DNA of 64,000 nt from Patescibacteria group bacterium. GTDB lineage: Bacteria; Patescibacteriota; Patescibacteriia; Veblenbacterales; UBA10138. A program made the position numbers and the translations under genes. Shown here piece by piece: positions 34,913 through 47,272 of this stretch (its first letter is position 1; each line of letters opens with the position of its first letter). The notes beneath the pieces were generated by a model, which saw only the letters and a program-made list of their open reading frames with translations, did not search any database and was not told the DNA's origin. The DNA is taken from the NCBI GenBank assembly GCA_041645215.1, contig JBAZQK010000003.1, forward strand, positions 45,723 to 109,722, written 5' to 3'.

Positions 34913-35701
34913 TTATTCACCGGCCAAAGCCGCCTCAATAATCGGTTTGATTTGTTCAAATGGTACGGCGCCTTCAACCGGCGTACCATTAACAAAAGTG
35001 GTTGGTGTGCCACTAACGCCGTAACTCGTCCCTTCTTTTATGTCATTTTGGACTTTGGCCGCCATCTCGCCGCTATCCAAACAGGTTTTGAACTTAGATT
35101 CATTAACCCCCACTTCTTTGGCTAATTTGGGCAAATCAGCCAGAGCAAACCCAGTACCGTTAGCGGTAGTACGCTCAAAAATCTTATCAATATATTGCCA
35201 ATACTTATCACGGCCGCCAAGCTTTCCCACGCACTCGGACGCTTCCGCCTCTTTCTGGGCGTTAGCATGGAACGACAACGGGAAATGGCGATAAACCCAA
35301 CGAACTTTGCCGGCATATTGTTGCATAACTTGCTCCATAACCGGATGGAAACGTTGACAGAAAGGACATTCCAAATCGGAATATTCTACCAAAGTTACCG
35401 GGGCATTCTGGTCGCCGCGTATATAATCACTGTCCTTTATTGGAACATTAACTTTGGCCGGCGGCTGATTAGGAGCCGGCTGATTGCCATTATTATTGCC
35501 ACTATTATTGTTAACCGCCGCTACTTTGGAACCGTCACCTTTTTGACCCAACTTAAACCAGCCCTCACTACCACCTGAAGTTGCCAAGGCAACCACAAAA
35601 CCAATTAGACTAACCACGGCCACGCCGGTCGCCACGCCCATTATAAAAGTCAACTTCGGTGACGCCCCCGCAAATAAATTAGGTTTGATTTCGTCTGACA
35701 T
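34913..35701 (-). CDS. DsbA-family thioredoxin oxidoreductase
   Basis: EYSDLECPFC, YRHFPL, GTPTTFVNG. Confidence 0.92.
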   Translation of the reverse strand: MSDEIKPNLFAGASPKLTFIMGVATGVAVVSLIGFVVALATSGGSEGWFKLGQKGDGSKVAAVNNNSGNNNGNQPAPNQPPAKVNVPIKDSDYIRGDQNAPVTLVEYSDLECPFCQRFHPVMEQVMQQYAGKVRWVYRHFPLSFHANAQKEAEASECVGKLGGRDKYWQYIDKIFERTTANGTGFALADLPKLAKEVGVNESKFKTCLDSGEMAAKVQNDIKEGTSYGVSGTPTTFVNGTPVEGAVPFEQIKPIIEAALAGE

Positions 35702-35776
35702 ATTTGTTAACAATTAAAGGTTATTAATAATACTTAATATTCTAGCACACTGCCGCCGTCAGCGCCAAAGTCATAA

Positions 35777-35955
35777 AGAGATGGTTTCAAAACCCTATTT
35801 CTGCTACAATCTCTGTTTTTTGACTGCGACTGCGTCAGATTTCCCAAAATGTCCTCATCGTAGCTACTGCTACGTTTCCGGGCATTTTGCTCATCTTCCT
35901 GGTCTCGTTTAAAAATCATAGCTTTCGCCACGAAAAGGGTTTTGAAACCATCTCT
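35777..35955. mobile_element. 179-bp MITE with perfect 19-bp TIRs
   Basis: AGAGATGGTTTCAAAACCC / GGGTTTTGAAACCATCTCT; solo end at ~38710. Confidence 0.85.
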
Positions 35956-35957
35956 AA

Positions 35958-36530
35958 TTAATTTAACTTGGTAATCTTTTTGCTTATCAAAATCTGAACA
36001 CCAATCAACAGCAAAATCAAGACTACGGCGACATAGGGCAGGTCCTGCACCACAATTCGCAACAGGCCAAAACTGTGGCCTAACAGCTTGCCCAACCCCA
36101 CAAACAACACCGACCATAACAAGCTGGCAATTAAATCCACCTTGATAAAATCAGCCGTTGGCATTTTGGCAATCCCCGCCACAATTATGGAAGAATGCCC
36201 AAAACTATAAATAAACTTGGTCATAAACAAAGTAGTCTTACCGTTTTTGGCAAAATGGTTTTCCAGCCACGCCAACTTACTCGGCTTAAGCCATAAAAAA
36301 CGACCCCAGCGGTCAATTAATTTTCGTCCAAAACGACGGCCGGCTAAAAACCACAACCAATCGCCAATTACTGAACCTAAAAATGTAACAACCAAAGCCA
36401 GCGGCAGATTCATTAATGACATTGATACTAAAAATCCGGCCAGCAAGGGAAAAATTTCACCCTCCACCACGGCGCCTAAAAACAGCACCAAGTAACTGTA
36501 ATTAATTAACAGTTCTAATATCTTATCCAT
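35958..36530 (-). CDS. DedA-family membrane protein
   Basis: EGE..LAGFL, GSVIGDWLWFLAGRRFG, KFIY. Confidence 0.9.
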   Translation of the reverse strand: MDKILELLINYSYLVLFLGAVVEGEIFPLLAGFLVSMSLMNLPLALVVTFLGSVIGDWLWFLAGRRFGRKLIDRWGRFLWLKPSKLAWLENHFAKNGKTTLFMTKFIYSFGHSSIIVAGIAKMPTADFIKVDLIASLLWSVLFVGLGKLLGHSFGLLRIVVQDLPYVAVVLILLLIGVQILISKKITKLN

Positions 36531-36533
36531 AAG

Positions 36534-37994
36534 CTACTCACTAATAGACGGCTTATAATTATGCCAAGTGGTCGCCTGCTCATAAGCGTAAGCCATTCGT
36601 AAAATCATTCCTTCTGACCAGACAGAGCCGATTAATTGCAAACCGACCGGCATTTTATCAACAAAACCACAGGGAACTGACACCGCCGGCAAACCGGCGA
36701 TATTAGCCGGCACTGTATAAACATCCGCCAAGTACATGGCTAACGGATCATTGATCCGACTGCCGAACGGAAAGGCTACGGTCGGAGTGGTCGGAGTCGC
36801 CAACATGTCAAATTCGCGCCACACCCGAGTTAAATCAGCTTTTAATAGTTCTTTTACTTTTAGCGCTTGACGGTAATAAGCCTCATAATAACCCGAACTT
36901 AAAACATAGGTGCCGAGCATAATCCGGCGCTTAACCTCATTGCCAAAAAGCTGACCGCGAGTTTTAGTATAAACTTCCATTAAATTATGACCAGCGATCT
37001 GCTCGCCAAAACGAAGGCCGTCATAACGCGCTAAATTGGCGCTGACTTCAGCCGGCGCCATTACATAATAAGCCGCCAAGGCGTAAGCCATACTCGGAAT
37101 ACTGACAGCCGACACTTTAGCGCCTAAACCGGTAAGCACATCAATGGCGTCACGAACGGTTTGCGCCACTGGTTTATTTATGCCTTCCGCAAAAAATTCC
37201 TGGGGCACGCCGACGCGTAAATTTTTTACCGATTCGCCTAACTCCGCCGCGTAATCAGGCACCGGGGTTTGACTGGCGGTAGCATCATACTCATCAGCGC
37301 CGGCCATCACCGTCAAGACTCGAGCGGCATCGCCGACATTACGCGCCAACGGACCAGCCTGATCAAGCGACGATGCCATCGCGATTAAACCATAACGCGA
37401 CACCCGTCCATAGGTCGGCTTTATCCCGACCACGCCGCAAAAAGCGGCCGGCTGACGGATTGAACCGCCGGTGTCAGTTCCTAGGGCAACCATAGCTTGG
37501 CCAGCCGCGACCGCGGCCGCTGAACCGCCGGATGAGCCGCCGGGAACTCGAGTTGTGTCCCAGGGATTAAAAGTCGGATAAAATCCCGAATTTTCAGTAG
37601 ACGCGCCCATGGCGAATTCATCGCAATTAGTTTTTCCTAATATGATGGCGCCGGCTGACAATATTTTTGACACCACGGTTGACTGATAAGGCGGCACATA
37701 ATGAGCCAAGCTGCGGGAAGCGGCGGTGGTCGTTAACCCCTTAGTAATAATGACATCTTTAACGGCTACCGGCACTCCGCCCAATGGTCCAATGGCCTTA
37801 CCGCCCGCCCAAGCCCGATCAAGTTCAGTGGCACGAGCTAAAGCGGTCTCCGGCTGAACTGCCAAAAAAGCTTTAAGTTTTGGTTCCAGCTTATCAAGAC
37901 GATTTAAATAATCTTTTACCACTTCGGTTACTGAAAACAATCGGTCCTTATAACCTTGCTGTAAACTGGCAATTGTCAAATCATTCCACTTCAT
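36534..37994 (-). CDS. gatA: Glu-tRNA(Gln) amidotransferase subunit A
   Basis: GKTNCDEFAMG, PGGSSGGSAAAVAAG, GTDTGGSIRQPA, RRIMLGTYVLSSGYY. Confidence 0.97.
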   Translation of the reverse strand: MKWNDLTIASLQQGYKDRLFSVTEVVKDYLNRLDKLEPKLKAFLAVQPETALARATELDRAWAGGKAIGPLGGVPVAVKDVIITKGLTTTAASRSLAHYVPPYQSTVVSKILSAGAIILGKTNCDEFAMGASTENSGFYPTFNPWDTTRVPGGSSGGSAAAVAAGQAMVALGTDTGGSIRQPAAFCGVVGIKPTYGRVSRYGLIAMASSLDQAGPLARNVGDAARVLTVMAGADEYDATASQTPVPDYAAELGESVKNLRVGVPQEFFAEGINKPVAQTVRDAIDVLTGLGAKVSAVSIPSMAYALAAYYVMAPAEVSANLARYDGLRFGEQIAGHNLMEVYTKTRGQLFGNEVKRRIMLGTYVLSSGYYEAYYRQALKVKELLKADLTRVWREFDMLATPTTPTVAFPFGSRINDPLAMYLADVYTVPANIAGLPAVSVPCGFVDKMPVGLQLIGSVWSEGMILRMAYAYEQATTWHNYKPSISE

Positions 37995-37998
37995 AAGC

Positions 37999-38388
37999 CT
38001 ATTTATCGTCCGGCGTCAGAATACTCTCCCGCTGTACTTCGGGAGGGACTTTTTCAGAATACCCTGCCGCCTCCGCCCGCCGGCGGACAGCGAGAGGACT
38101 TTCAGCAGCTGAAAAAATCGGCGGAACTTCTAATAAATTACCGGCTCGCCGGGGCGCTAATTTTATAATATCGCTGCCGCCGGGATAATCCGCCATTTTA
38201 TCAGCCCTTGGGCATAAAACAGTTGGCGCCGTGAATACGCTAACTGATAAATTCTTAAGTTCGGCTAATTTATCTAAATAATGCAAAACTTCGTCCAATT
38301 GAATGGTGAAGTTATCAACTTCGGATTCACTTAACTCCAGTCGAGCTAACTTAGCTAAATGAAGTATGTCGGCCTTAGATAAACTCAT
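37999..38388 (-). CDS. gatC: Amidotransferase subunit C with element-derived C-terminal extension
   Basis: HLAKLARLEL..VPPIF, directly upstream of gatA. Confidence 0.9.
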   Translation of the reverse strand: MSLSKADILHLAKLARLELSESEVDNFTIQLDEVLHYLDKLAELKNLSVSVFTAPTVLCPRADKMADYPGGSDIIKLAPRRAGNLLEVPPIFSAAESPLAVRRRAEAAGYSEKVPPEVQRESILTPDDK

Positions 38389-38429
38389 AAATTAAAGTAT
38401 ACAATAAACCCGCGACTACGCCAAAAGAT

Positions 38430-38690
38430 TTAGAATAGAGAATTGCGAATCACGAATCACGAATAAAATCCTGAATAATTTATAATTTTAAATTTATAAT
38501 AATACTCTGTAGCCAATTAACAACTCAAAAGTCAAATATCAAAAGTAAAAACCGCAACGCAAAGCTTAAAACTTATAGGAACTTTTGCGTTTTAACTTGT
38601 CTCCCTTCGGGAGATCTACCGTAGGTACGATAGTTTTGCGTTTTGACCTTTAACTTTTGACTTAAAAACATTAGGATTTAAGATTTTACA
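38430..38690. repeat. Degenerate 7-mer tandem repeat tracts in inverted arrangement
   Basis: cgaatca repeats; tcaaaag/tcaaata tract 38524-38572 and complementary ttttgcg/ttttgac tract 38632-38663. Confidence 0.65.
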
Positions 38691-38735
38691 AATTCATTAA
38701 ACTTTATAAAGAGATGGTTTCAAAGAATGATACTG

Positions 38736-40739
<2,004 letters not shown>

Positions 40740-41840
40740 CTAAGGACAAGTTTCGCTAATATTACCTTTGAGAATTGAACACTGCGAAAAAATCGTATAA
40801 TCAAAAACATCAGACGACGGGGCGAACTGCGGCACGGTAATAGACAAGGCCTGACGCGTATCAGCTTGCTGACCCGTAGTTGAAATTGTGATACGGGCGG
40901 GCAAAGCATACACACTGCCGTTACCATCAGTCTCGCTGTAAGCAGTTAACTGCAAATTACAAATACCGCCGTATAAAGCTTTTAACCGCAAACGGTAATT
41001 GACATAATTCGGCTGGCCCACGTTATTGATATTAATAATGACGGCTTGACCGGGACTGGCGGCAATTTGACTGTGATTAATATAACGCCGCTGAACGTCA
41101 AAATCCGACGCCGCTCCGCCCCACGATGACCAGGATAGTTCCAACCACTCCTGTCCTTGATTAACACAGGCGGTTGCGGTTGGATCCCAACTTATTTTTA
41201 ATGATTTTGCCTTTGGACTGTCGTCCAGTGAAGCGGCGGGGTCAAACAAATCAATTTGTTTAACTTCGTCCGGTTTTAAAGTAGTTATAAGAGTTGATTG
41301 GGTTTCCTGGCTGTCGCGCCACCACTGCCCTTGACTGCTAATCAAACTGACCGGGCTGGATGAGGAAACCGTCAACTGACTGCCCTTTAACCCTTCCTGT
41401 CGCCATAAATACAAACCCTGCTCCAAACCGCTTTCGGCGGCATAATAAGCCACCACTGCCCGATCGGCCGAAGTTGTAAGGCGCAACTGGCGCATGACCA
41501 AACTGCCGACTGTCAAACTGGTAACCAAAATCGTCGCCAAAGCCAACAACGCCAATAGCAATACCATCCCCTGATTATCACCCTTCGCCCCCAATACCCT
41601 GCGGTCTCCAGGCCGCAAAGGATGAATGGCGAGGATGATGGGGCTGTAGTTTTTCCGCCAAAGGCGAATCAGCCACCCTCGGCCTGCCATTCGGCGGAGC
41701 CTCGCCTTTGGCGGGGCGTGCTGGCTGAAGCGGGACGAGGGGAGTAGGTAAAAAAGGCTACGGGTGATGAATCCTAAAATAGAGGATACCCGGTGGTCTT
41801 GCCACCGGGAGAATTCATTTTTTTCTCTTGTATAAAACAT
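40740..41840 (-). CDS. PilX-like minor pilin with an abnormally long (~91 aa) element-filled leader
   Basis: NQG|MVLLLALL..AYYAAESGLE PilX N-terminal motif. Confidence 0.8.
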   Translation of the reverse strand: MFYTREKNEFSRWQDHRVSSILGFITRSLFYLLPSSRFSQHAPPKARLRRMAGRGWLIRLWRKNYSPIILAIHPLRPGDRRVLGAKGDNQGMVLLLALLALATILVTSLTVGSLVMRQLRLTTSADRAVVAYYAAESGLEQGLYLWRQEGLKGSQLTVSSSSPVSLISSQGQWWRDSQETQSTLITTLKPDEVKQIDLFDPAASLDDSPKAKSLKISWDPTATACVNQGQEWLELSWSSWGGAASDFDVQRRYINHSQIAASPGQAVIININNVGQPNYVNYRLRLKALYGGICNLQLTAYSETDGNGSVYALPARITISTTGQQADTRQALSITVPQFAPSSDVFDYTIFSQCSILKGNISETCP

Positions 41841-41843
41841 AGA

Positions 41844-42461
41844 TTAGCGACGGTAAATTCGGCTAACGACTGAAGTTTGCAAGAAAAAACTGACTGGCGC
41901 GTCAAGCGGCGAATTGGGCAGTGCCTGGGCGCTTATTACAATTGTAAGGCGCGGCTGCTCATTGGGCGCCGCCGCTGACAACGCGAACGGATCAGTATCA
42001 GGCACGATATAAAACTGGACCAAGTTTAGTTTTATATTATCCGACAGCAAAGATTGCCAGTTATCAACCTCGCCCCGGCTAACCTGCAATTGTAAAACAC
42101 CGCCCCCCACGTCCGCGACTCGCCAACGGACCGCGCCGCCGGCCGGATCACGCAAGGCTAATATCGAAGCGGCTTGCACCTGACTGCCCGTTTTTAAACT
42201 TAGGTTGTTGCTAACATAATAATCATAATCAATTGAATCCTGGCGCATTTGCTGCACCATGGTATCAACGGCAAATCTCATGTCACGCTGAACTGATTGG
42301 CTGGCAACTAATTTGCGATGGGCGCGCGTCGCCGTAAAAAAAATATCAGTCGCCGCCACCATCACCAGCGAAAAAACAGCCAACGCCACGATCATTTCCA
42401 TGGTGGTGAAAGCCGGCCGCCAACCTTCTCTAATTTTGGGGCGCGCTTGGTATAGTCGCAT
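41844..42461 (-). CDS. Minor pilin (PilW/PulJ-like)
   Basis: AFTTMEMIVALAVF prepilin motif. Confidence 0.8.
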   Translation of the reverse strand: MRLYQARPKIREGWRPAFTTMEMIVALAVFSLVMVAATDIFFTATRAHRKLVASQSVQRDMRFAVDTMVQQMRQDSIDYDYYVSNNLSLKTGSQVQAASILALRDPAGGAVRWRVADVGGGVLQLQVSRGEVDNWQSLLSDNIKLNLVQFYIVPDTDPFALSAAAPNEQPRLTIVISAQALPNSPLDAPVSFFLQTSVVSRIYRR

Positions 42462-43098
42462 ATCGCCAATTATATAAAAAATCCTCAATCTTTAAGCTAT
42501 GGCTGTTATTGCGTTCATCCCACTTAACCTCAACTACCACTCTAATTCCCACTTGCGCCTCGCTGCCGCCGCAACCGGTACCTGAACTGGTTTCAGTTTG
42601 AGCGGCCTGATTGCGGCAAATTGGATAAAGCCATAATAAACGACGCCAAATTGTGGAACTGGCCCCGCTAATCGGCACGGTGCCGGATTGGCGGTATAAC
42701 GAATTCTGGTCGCGGTAAATCGCGGCTGACGGATTAGTTTGATCATTGGGCGAAAAATACATAGACCAACCAAGCGAACTTGGATCAAGGATTGGGACGG
42801 CGGTAATATCAGCGCCGTTGGCAGTATAACCCAGACAATTCACACCACTTGACACGCATTGGTACCACGGCACAGTGGCGCCGGCTAACCAAGCGTTATC
42901 ACGAATCGCCCGCGCCGCCTCAACCGCTTCGCGAGCTAAATTAAGGGCGGTTAACCGATTTTGATTCTCGGTGCCGGCGGCCAAATTTGAAATCGTCAAA
43001 CTCATCACCCCAATAACTCCGCTCAAAATAACCGCAATCGCGACAATCGTTTCCAGCAAACCTTGGCCTTTTACGCAACGCCAATTGATTCTAACCAT
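42430..43098 (-). CDS. Minor pilin (PilV-like)
   Basis: GQGLLETIVAI..ALNLAREAVEAARAIRD. Confidence 0.8.
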   Translation of the reverse strand: MVRINWRCVKGQGLLETIVAIAVILSGVIGVMSLTISNLAAGTENQNRLTALNLAREAVEAARAIRDNAWLAGATVPWYQCVSSGVNCLGYTANGADITAVPILDPSSLGWSMYFSPNDQTNPSAAIYRDQNSLYRQSGTVPISGASSTIWRRLLWLYPICRNQAAQTETSSGTGCGGSEAQVGIRVVVEVKWDERNNSHSLKIEDFLYNWRYATIPSAPQN

Positions 43099-43100
43099 AA

Positions 43101-43667
43101 TTATTGAACGTTAATCTGCCCCGAAATAGCGTTAACTGTCACATTAATTAAATTTCCACTGCGGCTATGGCGCAACCCGACCTGCAAAGAGCCGCCCCAG
43201 CCGCCGCCGTTTAGAGAACCGTTAATGTAACGATCACCCAAGGGTGGTCGAAAACTAAAAGCCACGGCGGGCAACACCGGGGTTAAAGTATTTATAGTTA
43301 CATTGGCCGGCAAGTTGTAAGTCCAACCGGAAATGATTTCATTGGCGCTATCAAATAAACCGTTGCTGTTAAGGTCGGGAAACAAAATTAGTTGATTGGG
43401 GCTGCTTAAATCAAAATATACGCCATAGCCGCCGCTGGGAACAAACGTACTGCCGCCAATATTAACGGTCGTGCCGGCCAACGCTTGAGCCTGGGCCTGC
43501 TCTAATACCGAAGCGACCAGAAAGCCGGCTTGACGCAACTGGTCCTGCTGTGAGCCCTGCCTAAAATTAGCTATCATTATACTGGCGATAATCACAAAAA
43601 TACTAATCGCTACTAACAAATCAACGGTGGTAAAGCCGAATCGAGTTATTGGTTTAACAACTGACAT
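43101..43667 (-). CDS. Minor pilin (FimT/PulH-like)
   Basis: GFTTVDLLVAISI, GYGVYF. Confidence 0.8.
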   Translation of the reverse strand: MSVVKPITRFGFTTVDLLVAISIFVIIASIMIANFRQGSQQDQLRQAGFLVASVLEQAQAQALAGTTVNIGGSTFVPSGGYGVYFDLSSPNQLILFPDLNSNGLFDSANEIISGWTYNLPANVTINTLTPVLPAVAFSFRPPLGDRYINGSLNGGGWGGSLQVGLRHSRSGNLINVTVNAISGQINVQ

Positions 43668-43671
43668 AATT

Positions 43672-44424
43672 TTATAATCCGAGCCAAGCGCCATACCACT
43701 GCCAAATTAAACTGCCCCCGACAAAAACTAACCAAGTGGCAACTGCCAAAAATGTTCCAAATGGCAGTTGCGTATCCCGCCGCGCCCGTTTAAGAGCCAA
43801 CATTACCAGCGCCACGACCGCGCCTGACCAATAAGCTATTATTAAAGCCATAATAGTGTAACGCCAACCTAAGGCCACTCCCATTAACAAGCCAAACCTG
43901 ATATCCCCCGCCCCCACCCAGCGACCGCGCGACCAATAATATTGCAGTGCGAACCAGCCGGCTCCCACGGCCGCGCCGACCGCCAAGTCCAACCAGCTCC
44001 GCCCTATTAGTAAATTTAAAATTAACAGCACCACTGTACCGCTCAAAGTTAAACTGTCCGGCAATATCATATATTGCCAATCAAACACAAATAAAACTAT
44101 TAAATAACTGACCAACACCAAATAAGTCAACAGCATTAGCCATTGGCCGCCGGGAATTAGCGCCGCGCCCAGCGCAAACCAGGCGGCGGTTACCGCCTCA
44201 ACCAACGGGTACTGCCAGGAAATTGGTTGGCGGCAAAACGCGCACCGCGAGCGCAAATAAAAAAATGATACTAGTGGTATATTGTGATACCAATATAACT
44301 GCTGGCGGCAGTGCCGACAGCGCGACCGACCGGTTAGTTTTTCTCCAGCCGACAAACGCCAAATCACCACATTGAGAAAACTGCCCACTATCAAACCGAA
44401 AATCGCTAATATAAGCAATTCCAT
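43672..44424 (-). CDS. pilD: Prepilin peptidase
   Basis: GSFLNVVIWRL, RSRCRHC, NIPLVSF, QYPLVE, GAGDIR, PFGTFL. Confidence 0.95.
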   Translation of the reverse strand: MELLILAIFGLIVGSFLNVVIWRLSAGEKLTGRSRCRHCRQQLYWYHNIPLVSFFYLRSRCAFCRQPISWQYPLVEAVTAAWFALGAALIPGGQWLMLLTYLVLVSYLIVLFVFDWQYMILPDSLTLSGTVVLLILNLLIGRSWLDLAVGAAVGAGWFALQYYWSRGRWVGAGDIRFGLLMGVALGWRYTIMALIIAYWSGAVVALVMLALKRARRDTQLPFGTFLAVATWLVFVGGSLIWQWYGAWLGL

Positions 44425-44640
44425 AACTTTAGAATATCATTTTCAGGCGACTTGGCCAAGTTGCCGGCTGGGTTAGGATAAAACTCCACGATCTCATCCA
44501 GCCTTCGTCCGCGGCGGCGAACTACGGCGGATTTGGCCGGCGGTGGCGTCTTGCAAAACATTAATCTGACCCCCTTTTTTTATATTATACTTTTAAATTA
44601 AAGGTACCTGACCCTTTTTCAATTCGCTGTTAGTAGTTAC

Positions 44641-44728
44641 GGGATTTATGTCCGGTGCCGCCATAGCGGCATCCCGCAAAATTAAAATTTTTTTTAATAG
44701 TAGGTGCGGTGACCGGACATAAATCCCT
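44641..44728. mobile_element. Small MITE-like element with 16-bp TIRs
   Basis: GGGATTTATGTCCGGT...ACCGGACATAAATCCC. Confidence 0.75.
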
Positions 44729-44749
44729 GAAGTGGCTATTTAGTTTTTA

Positions 44750-44816
44750 CCTGACACCTTTTTCCCTCTGGGATAGAATGAATTAAAACATTAAGAAAAA
44801 CGGTCCTCGTGAGACT
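44750..44816 (+). repeat. Cassette-boundary repeat R1
   Basis: cctgacacctttttcc..ggatagaatgaattaaaacattaagaaaaa-cggtcctcgtgaga; matches 47151-47203 and 45885. Confidence 0.8.
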
Positions 44817-44819
44817 TAT

Positions 44820-45749
44820 TTATTCATTAATGCGTTCTAAAACATTAAAGCCGCTAAGAATAACATCGCAAATAAAATCTTCGAGTTGACTTTGGTCATC
44901 TTTAGTTTGAGCTTTATAAAGATAAGTATAATAAAGCTGTTTTTGCTGTTGATGAATAATCGCCGGCGCTAAATTAGCTTTCAAAAGCATAGCGTTCATA
45001 AGCAAACGTCCCACCCGACCATTCCCATCAGAGAATGGATGAATTTGTTCAAAGCGACTATGAACATTAGCTGAAATATTCACAATATCTTTTTTTGTTT
45101 TTTCTGCATCAAGAATAATTGACTTCATCAAATCTGGTATCCGTATATAATTAGCTGTTGGCAAGCTAACACCCACAATTCTAACTGCATGATTACGATA
45201 CATTCCCGCATCTCCACGAATTCCATTCATAAGAATACTATGCAATTTCAGTATTAAATTTTCGTTAATTTTCCCTTTTTTAGCTAGGTAATTAAATAAG
45301 TAATTTAGGGCGGTTTGATGATTTTTTGCTTCTAACTGTTCAACTAGACTTTTATTTGGTAGAGCTACATTTTCAAAAAGAACAGCAGCTGTATCTAGTT
45401 CAGTAAGGGTATTTCCTTCAATGCTATTGCTATGATAAGTAAGTTTTAAAATAAATTCATCGAGAATATCTTGATTATTTAAAATTTCATTAATAATACT
45501 TTTGTATTTAGATGATTTTTTCTTTAAAATCTGTTTTTTGGCTGTAAGCTTATCATCTGAAATGATTTTTTGCCCAGTAACCTCTAAAAATAAATCATTT
45601 ATAATTGATTCCTTTTTTTTATGAGGAACAGATTTTCCTGTCCACCAATTATTAAAGGCAACAAAAGAAACTCCAAACTTTTCTGCCAATTTAGTCTGAG
45701 TTAATCCAAGTCTTTTTTGAATAATTTTAAGTTTTTGCTGTGTATTCAT
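44820..45749 (-). CDS. XRE-HTH-Fic protein
   Basis: LGLTQTKLAEKFGVS HTH; SNSIEGN; HPFSDGNGRVGR. Confidence 0.93.
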   Translation of the reverse strand: MNTQQKLKIIQKRLGLTQTKLAEKFGVSFVAFNNWWTGKSVPHKKKESIINDLFLEVTGQKIISDDKLTAKKQILKKKSSKYKSIINEILNNQDILDEFILKLTYHSNSIEGNTLTELDTAAVLFENVALPNKSLVEQLEAKNHQTALNYLFNYLAKKGKINENLILKLHSILMNGIRGDAGMYRNHAVRIVGVSLPTANYIRIPDLMKSIILDAEKTKKDIVNISANVHSRFEQIHPFSDGNGRVGRLLMNAMLLKANLAPAIIHQQQKQLYYTYLYKAQTKDDQSQLEDFICDVILSGFNVLERINE

Positions 45750-45764
45750 ATATAGATATTATCA

Positions 45765-45807
45765 AACTTTATAAAGTTAGTCAAAACAGTGAAAACTTTA
45801 TAAAGTT
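45765..45807. promoter_or_regulatory. Two copies of palindrome AACTTTATAAAGTT, likely operators
   Basis: 45765-45778 and 45794-45807, just upstream of the HTH-Fic start. Confidence 0.7.
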
Positions 45808-45884
45808 ACAAAATTCAAGGACTTGCTTTAAGCTCTTTTAAGGCAAGACCTTTTTCCGACTTAAAAATATCGGATGTCCAAGCT

Positions 45885-45931
45885 ACGGTTCTTGCGAGAT
45901 CCAACTAAAAGGCTCCTGACACCTTTTTCCT
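45885..45931 (+). repeat. Cassette-boundary repeat R2
   Basis: 41/47 identical to 47121-47167. Confidence 0.85.
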
Positions 45932-46030
45932 TTTTTCCTTGACATCTCTTTTTGTGCATATATTACATTTGCCGCTATAATCTGTTATAATCCACTATAT
46001 ACAGTATAGCGTTAATTTTTAATAAAACTT

Positions 46031-47095
46031 ATGGACGACATTTTCCGAAAATTTGATCATCGCATAAAAAATCCCGATCCGCATATCGTGACTCTTTTGG
46101 CTGAGATTGATGGTATTCGCGGCGAGTTCAAAGGGGGCTTAAGAATGACGCCTCAGGCCATTATTAACCTTAAGAGATCAACACTAATCACCTCTGCCGG
46201 TGCTTCGACTCGTATTGAGGGCGCAAAACTGACCGACGAGGAAGTCGAGAAGGTCATGCGCGGCCTTGCAGTCTCAAAGTTTGCTGATCGTGACTCGCAG
46301 GAAGTTCAGGGATATCTTGAAACGCTTCAGAATGTTTTTGATAGTTTCCAAACCTTGCCGCTTCGGGAGAGTGTTATCACTTCGCTTCATAATCAACTTC
46401 TTAAATACTCCCACAAAGACGATACGCATCGTGGTGGTTATAAAAAGAAAGAGAACACAGTTGGTGTACCGGGACCGGACGGCAAAGTGGCGCAAATCAT
46501 GTTCGAGACCACCCCGGCGTACCTTACGCCAAAGGAAATGCAGGAACTTGTTGAGTGGACTGATGATGCGCTCGAAAAAAACCGCTTTCATCATCTTCTA
46601 ATTATCGCAAATTTTATTGTAGAGTTTTTGAAAATTCACCCGTTTGAAGATGGTAATGGGCGTCTTTCGCGCGTCCTTTCAAATTTACTTTTACTGCGAT
46701 TTGGTTACCAGTTTGTACAGTACGTCTCGCATGAACAAATTATTGAGCGCCGCAAGGACGAATACTATATTGCTCTCCGCAAATCTCAAGAGACATTCAA
46801 GACTGATCACGATACCATCGCACCGTGGCTCAATTTCTTTCTTTCGGTAGTCAGAGAACAAGCGGCAAAGGCTCTTTCGTATCTAAAAGAAGAAAAAGTT
46901 GAGGATATGCTGTCTCCCAAGCAATACGAAGTATGGAAGTATGTTTTAAGTGTCGGAGAGGCCGCACCGGGTGAGATCGTAAAAGCAACCGGTATCGCAT
47001 TGGGTACAGTTCGTCAAGCGCTTAATAGTTTGGTTGAACTCGGAAAAGTGAAACGTATCGGGCGTGGCCGGAGTACACGGTACCTAAAAATATAA
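46031..47095 (+). CDS. Fic protein with C-terminal wHTH
   Basis: STRIEG, HPFEDGNGRLSR, GRGRSTRY. Confidence 0.93.
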   Translation: MDDIFRKFDHRIKNPDPHIVTLLAEIDGIRGEFKGGLRMTPQAIINLKRSTLITSAGASTRIEGAKLTDEEVEKVMRGLAVSKFADRDSQEVQGYLETLQNVFDSFQTLPLRESVITSLHNQLLKYSHKDDTHRGGYKKKENTVGVPGPDGKVAQIMFETTPAYLTPKEMQELVEWTDDALEKNRFHHLLIIANFIVEFLKIHPFEDGNGRLSRVLSNLLLLRFGYQFVQYVSHEQIIERRKDEYYIALRKSQETFKTDHDTIAPWLNFFLSVVREQAAKALSYLKEEKVEDMLSPKQYEVWKYVLSVGEAAPGEIVKATGIALGTVRQALNSLVELGKVKRIGRGRSTRYLKI

Positions 47096-47120
47096 ATTAA
47101 TTTAGGAAATCGCTTAAAGA

Positions 47121-47272
47121 ACGGTTCTTGCGTAATTCAATTAAAAGGTTCCTGATACCTTTTTCCTGTTCTAGGATAGAGTGAATTAAAACACTAAAAA
47201 AAATCTGCCTGTTGCGGGGAATAAAGAAAGGCTCCTGACCCCCATTTACCTCATTTACCCATTTCTGTCCCC
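47121..47272 (+). repeat. Composite cassette-boundary repeat R3
   Basis: R2-like 47121-47167 overlapping R1-like 47151-47203, then aaagaaaggctcctgacccc. Confidence 0.85.
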
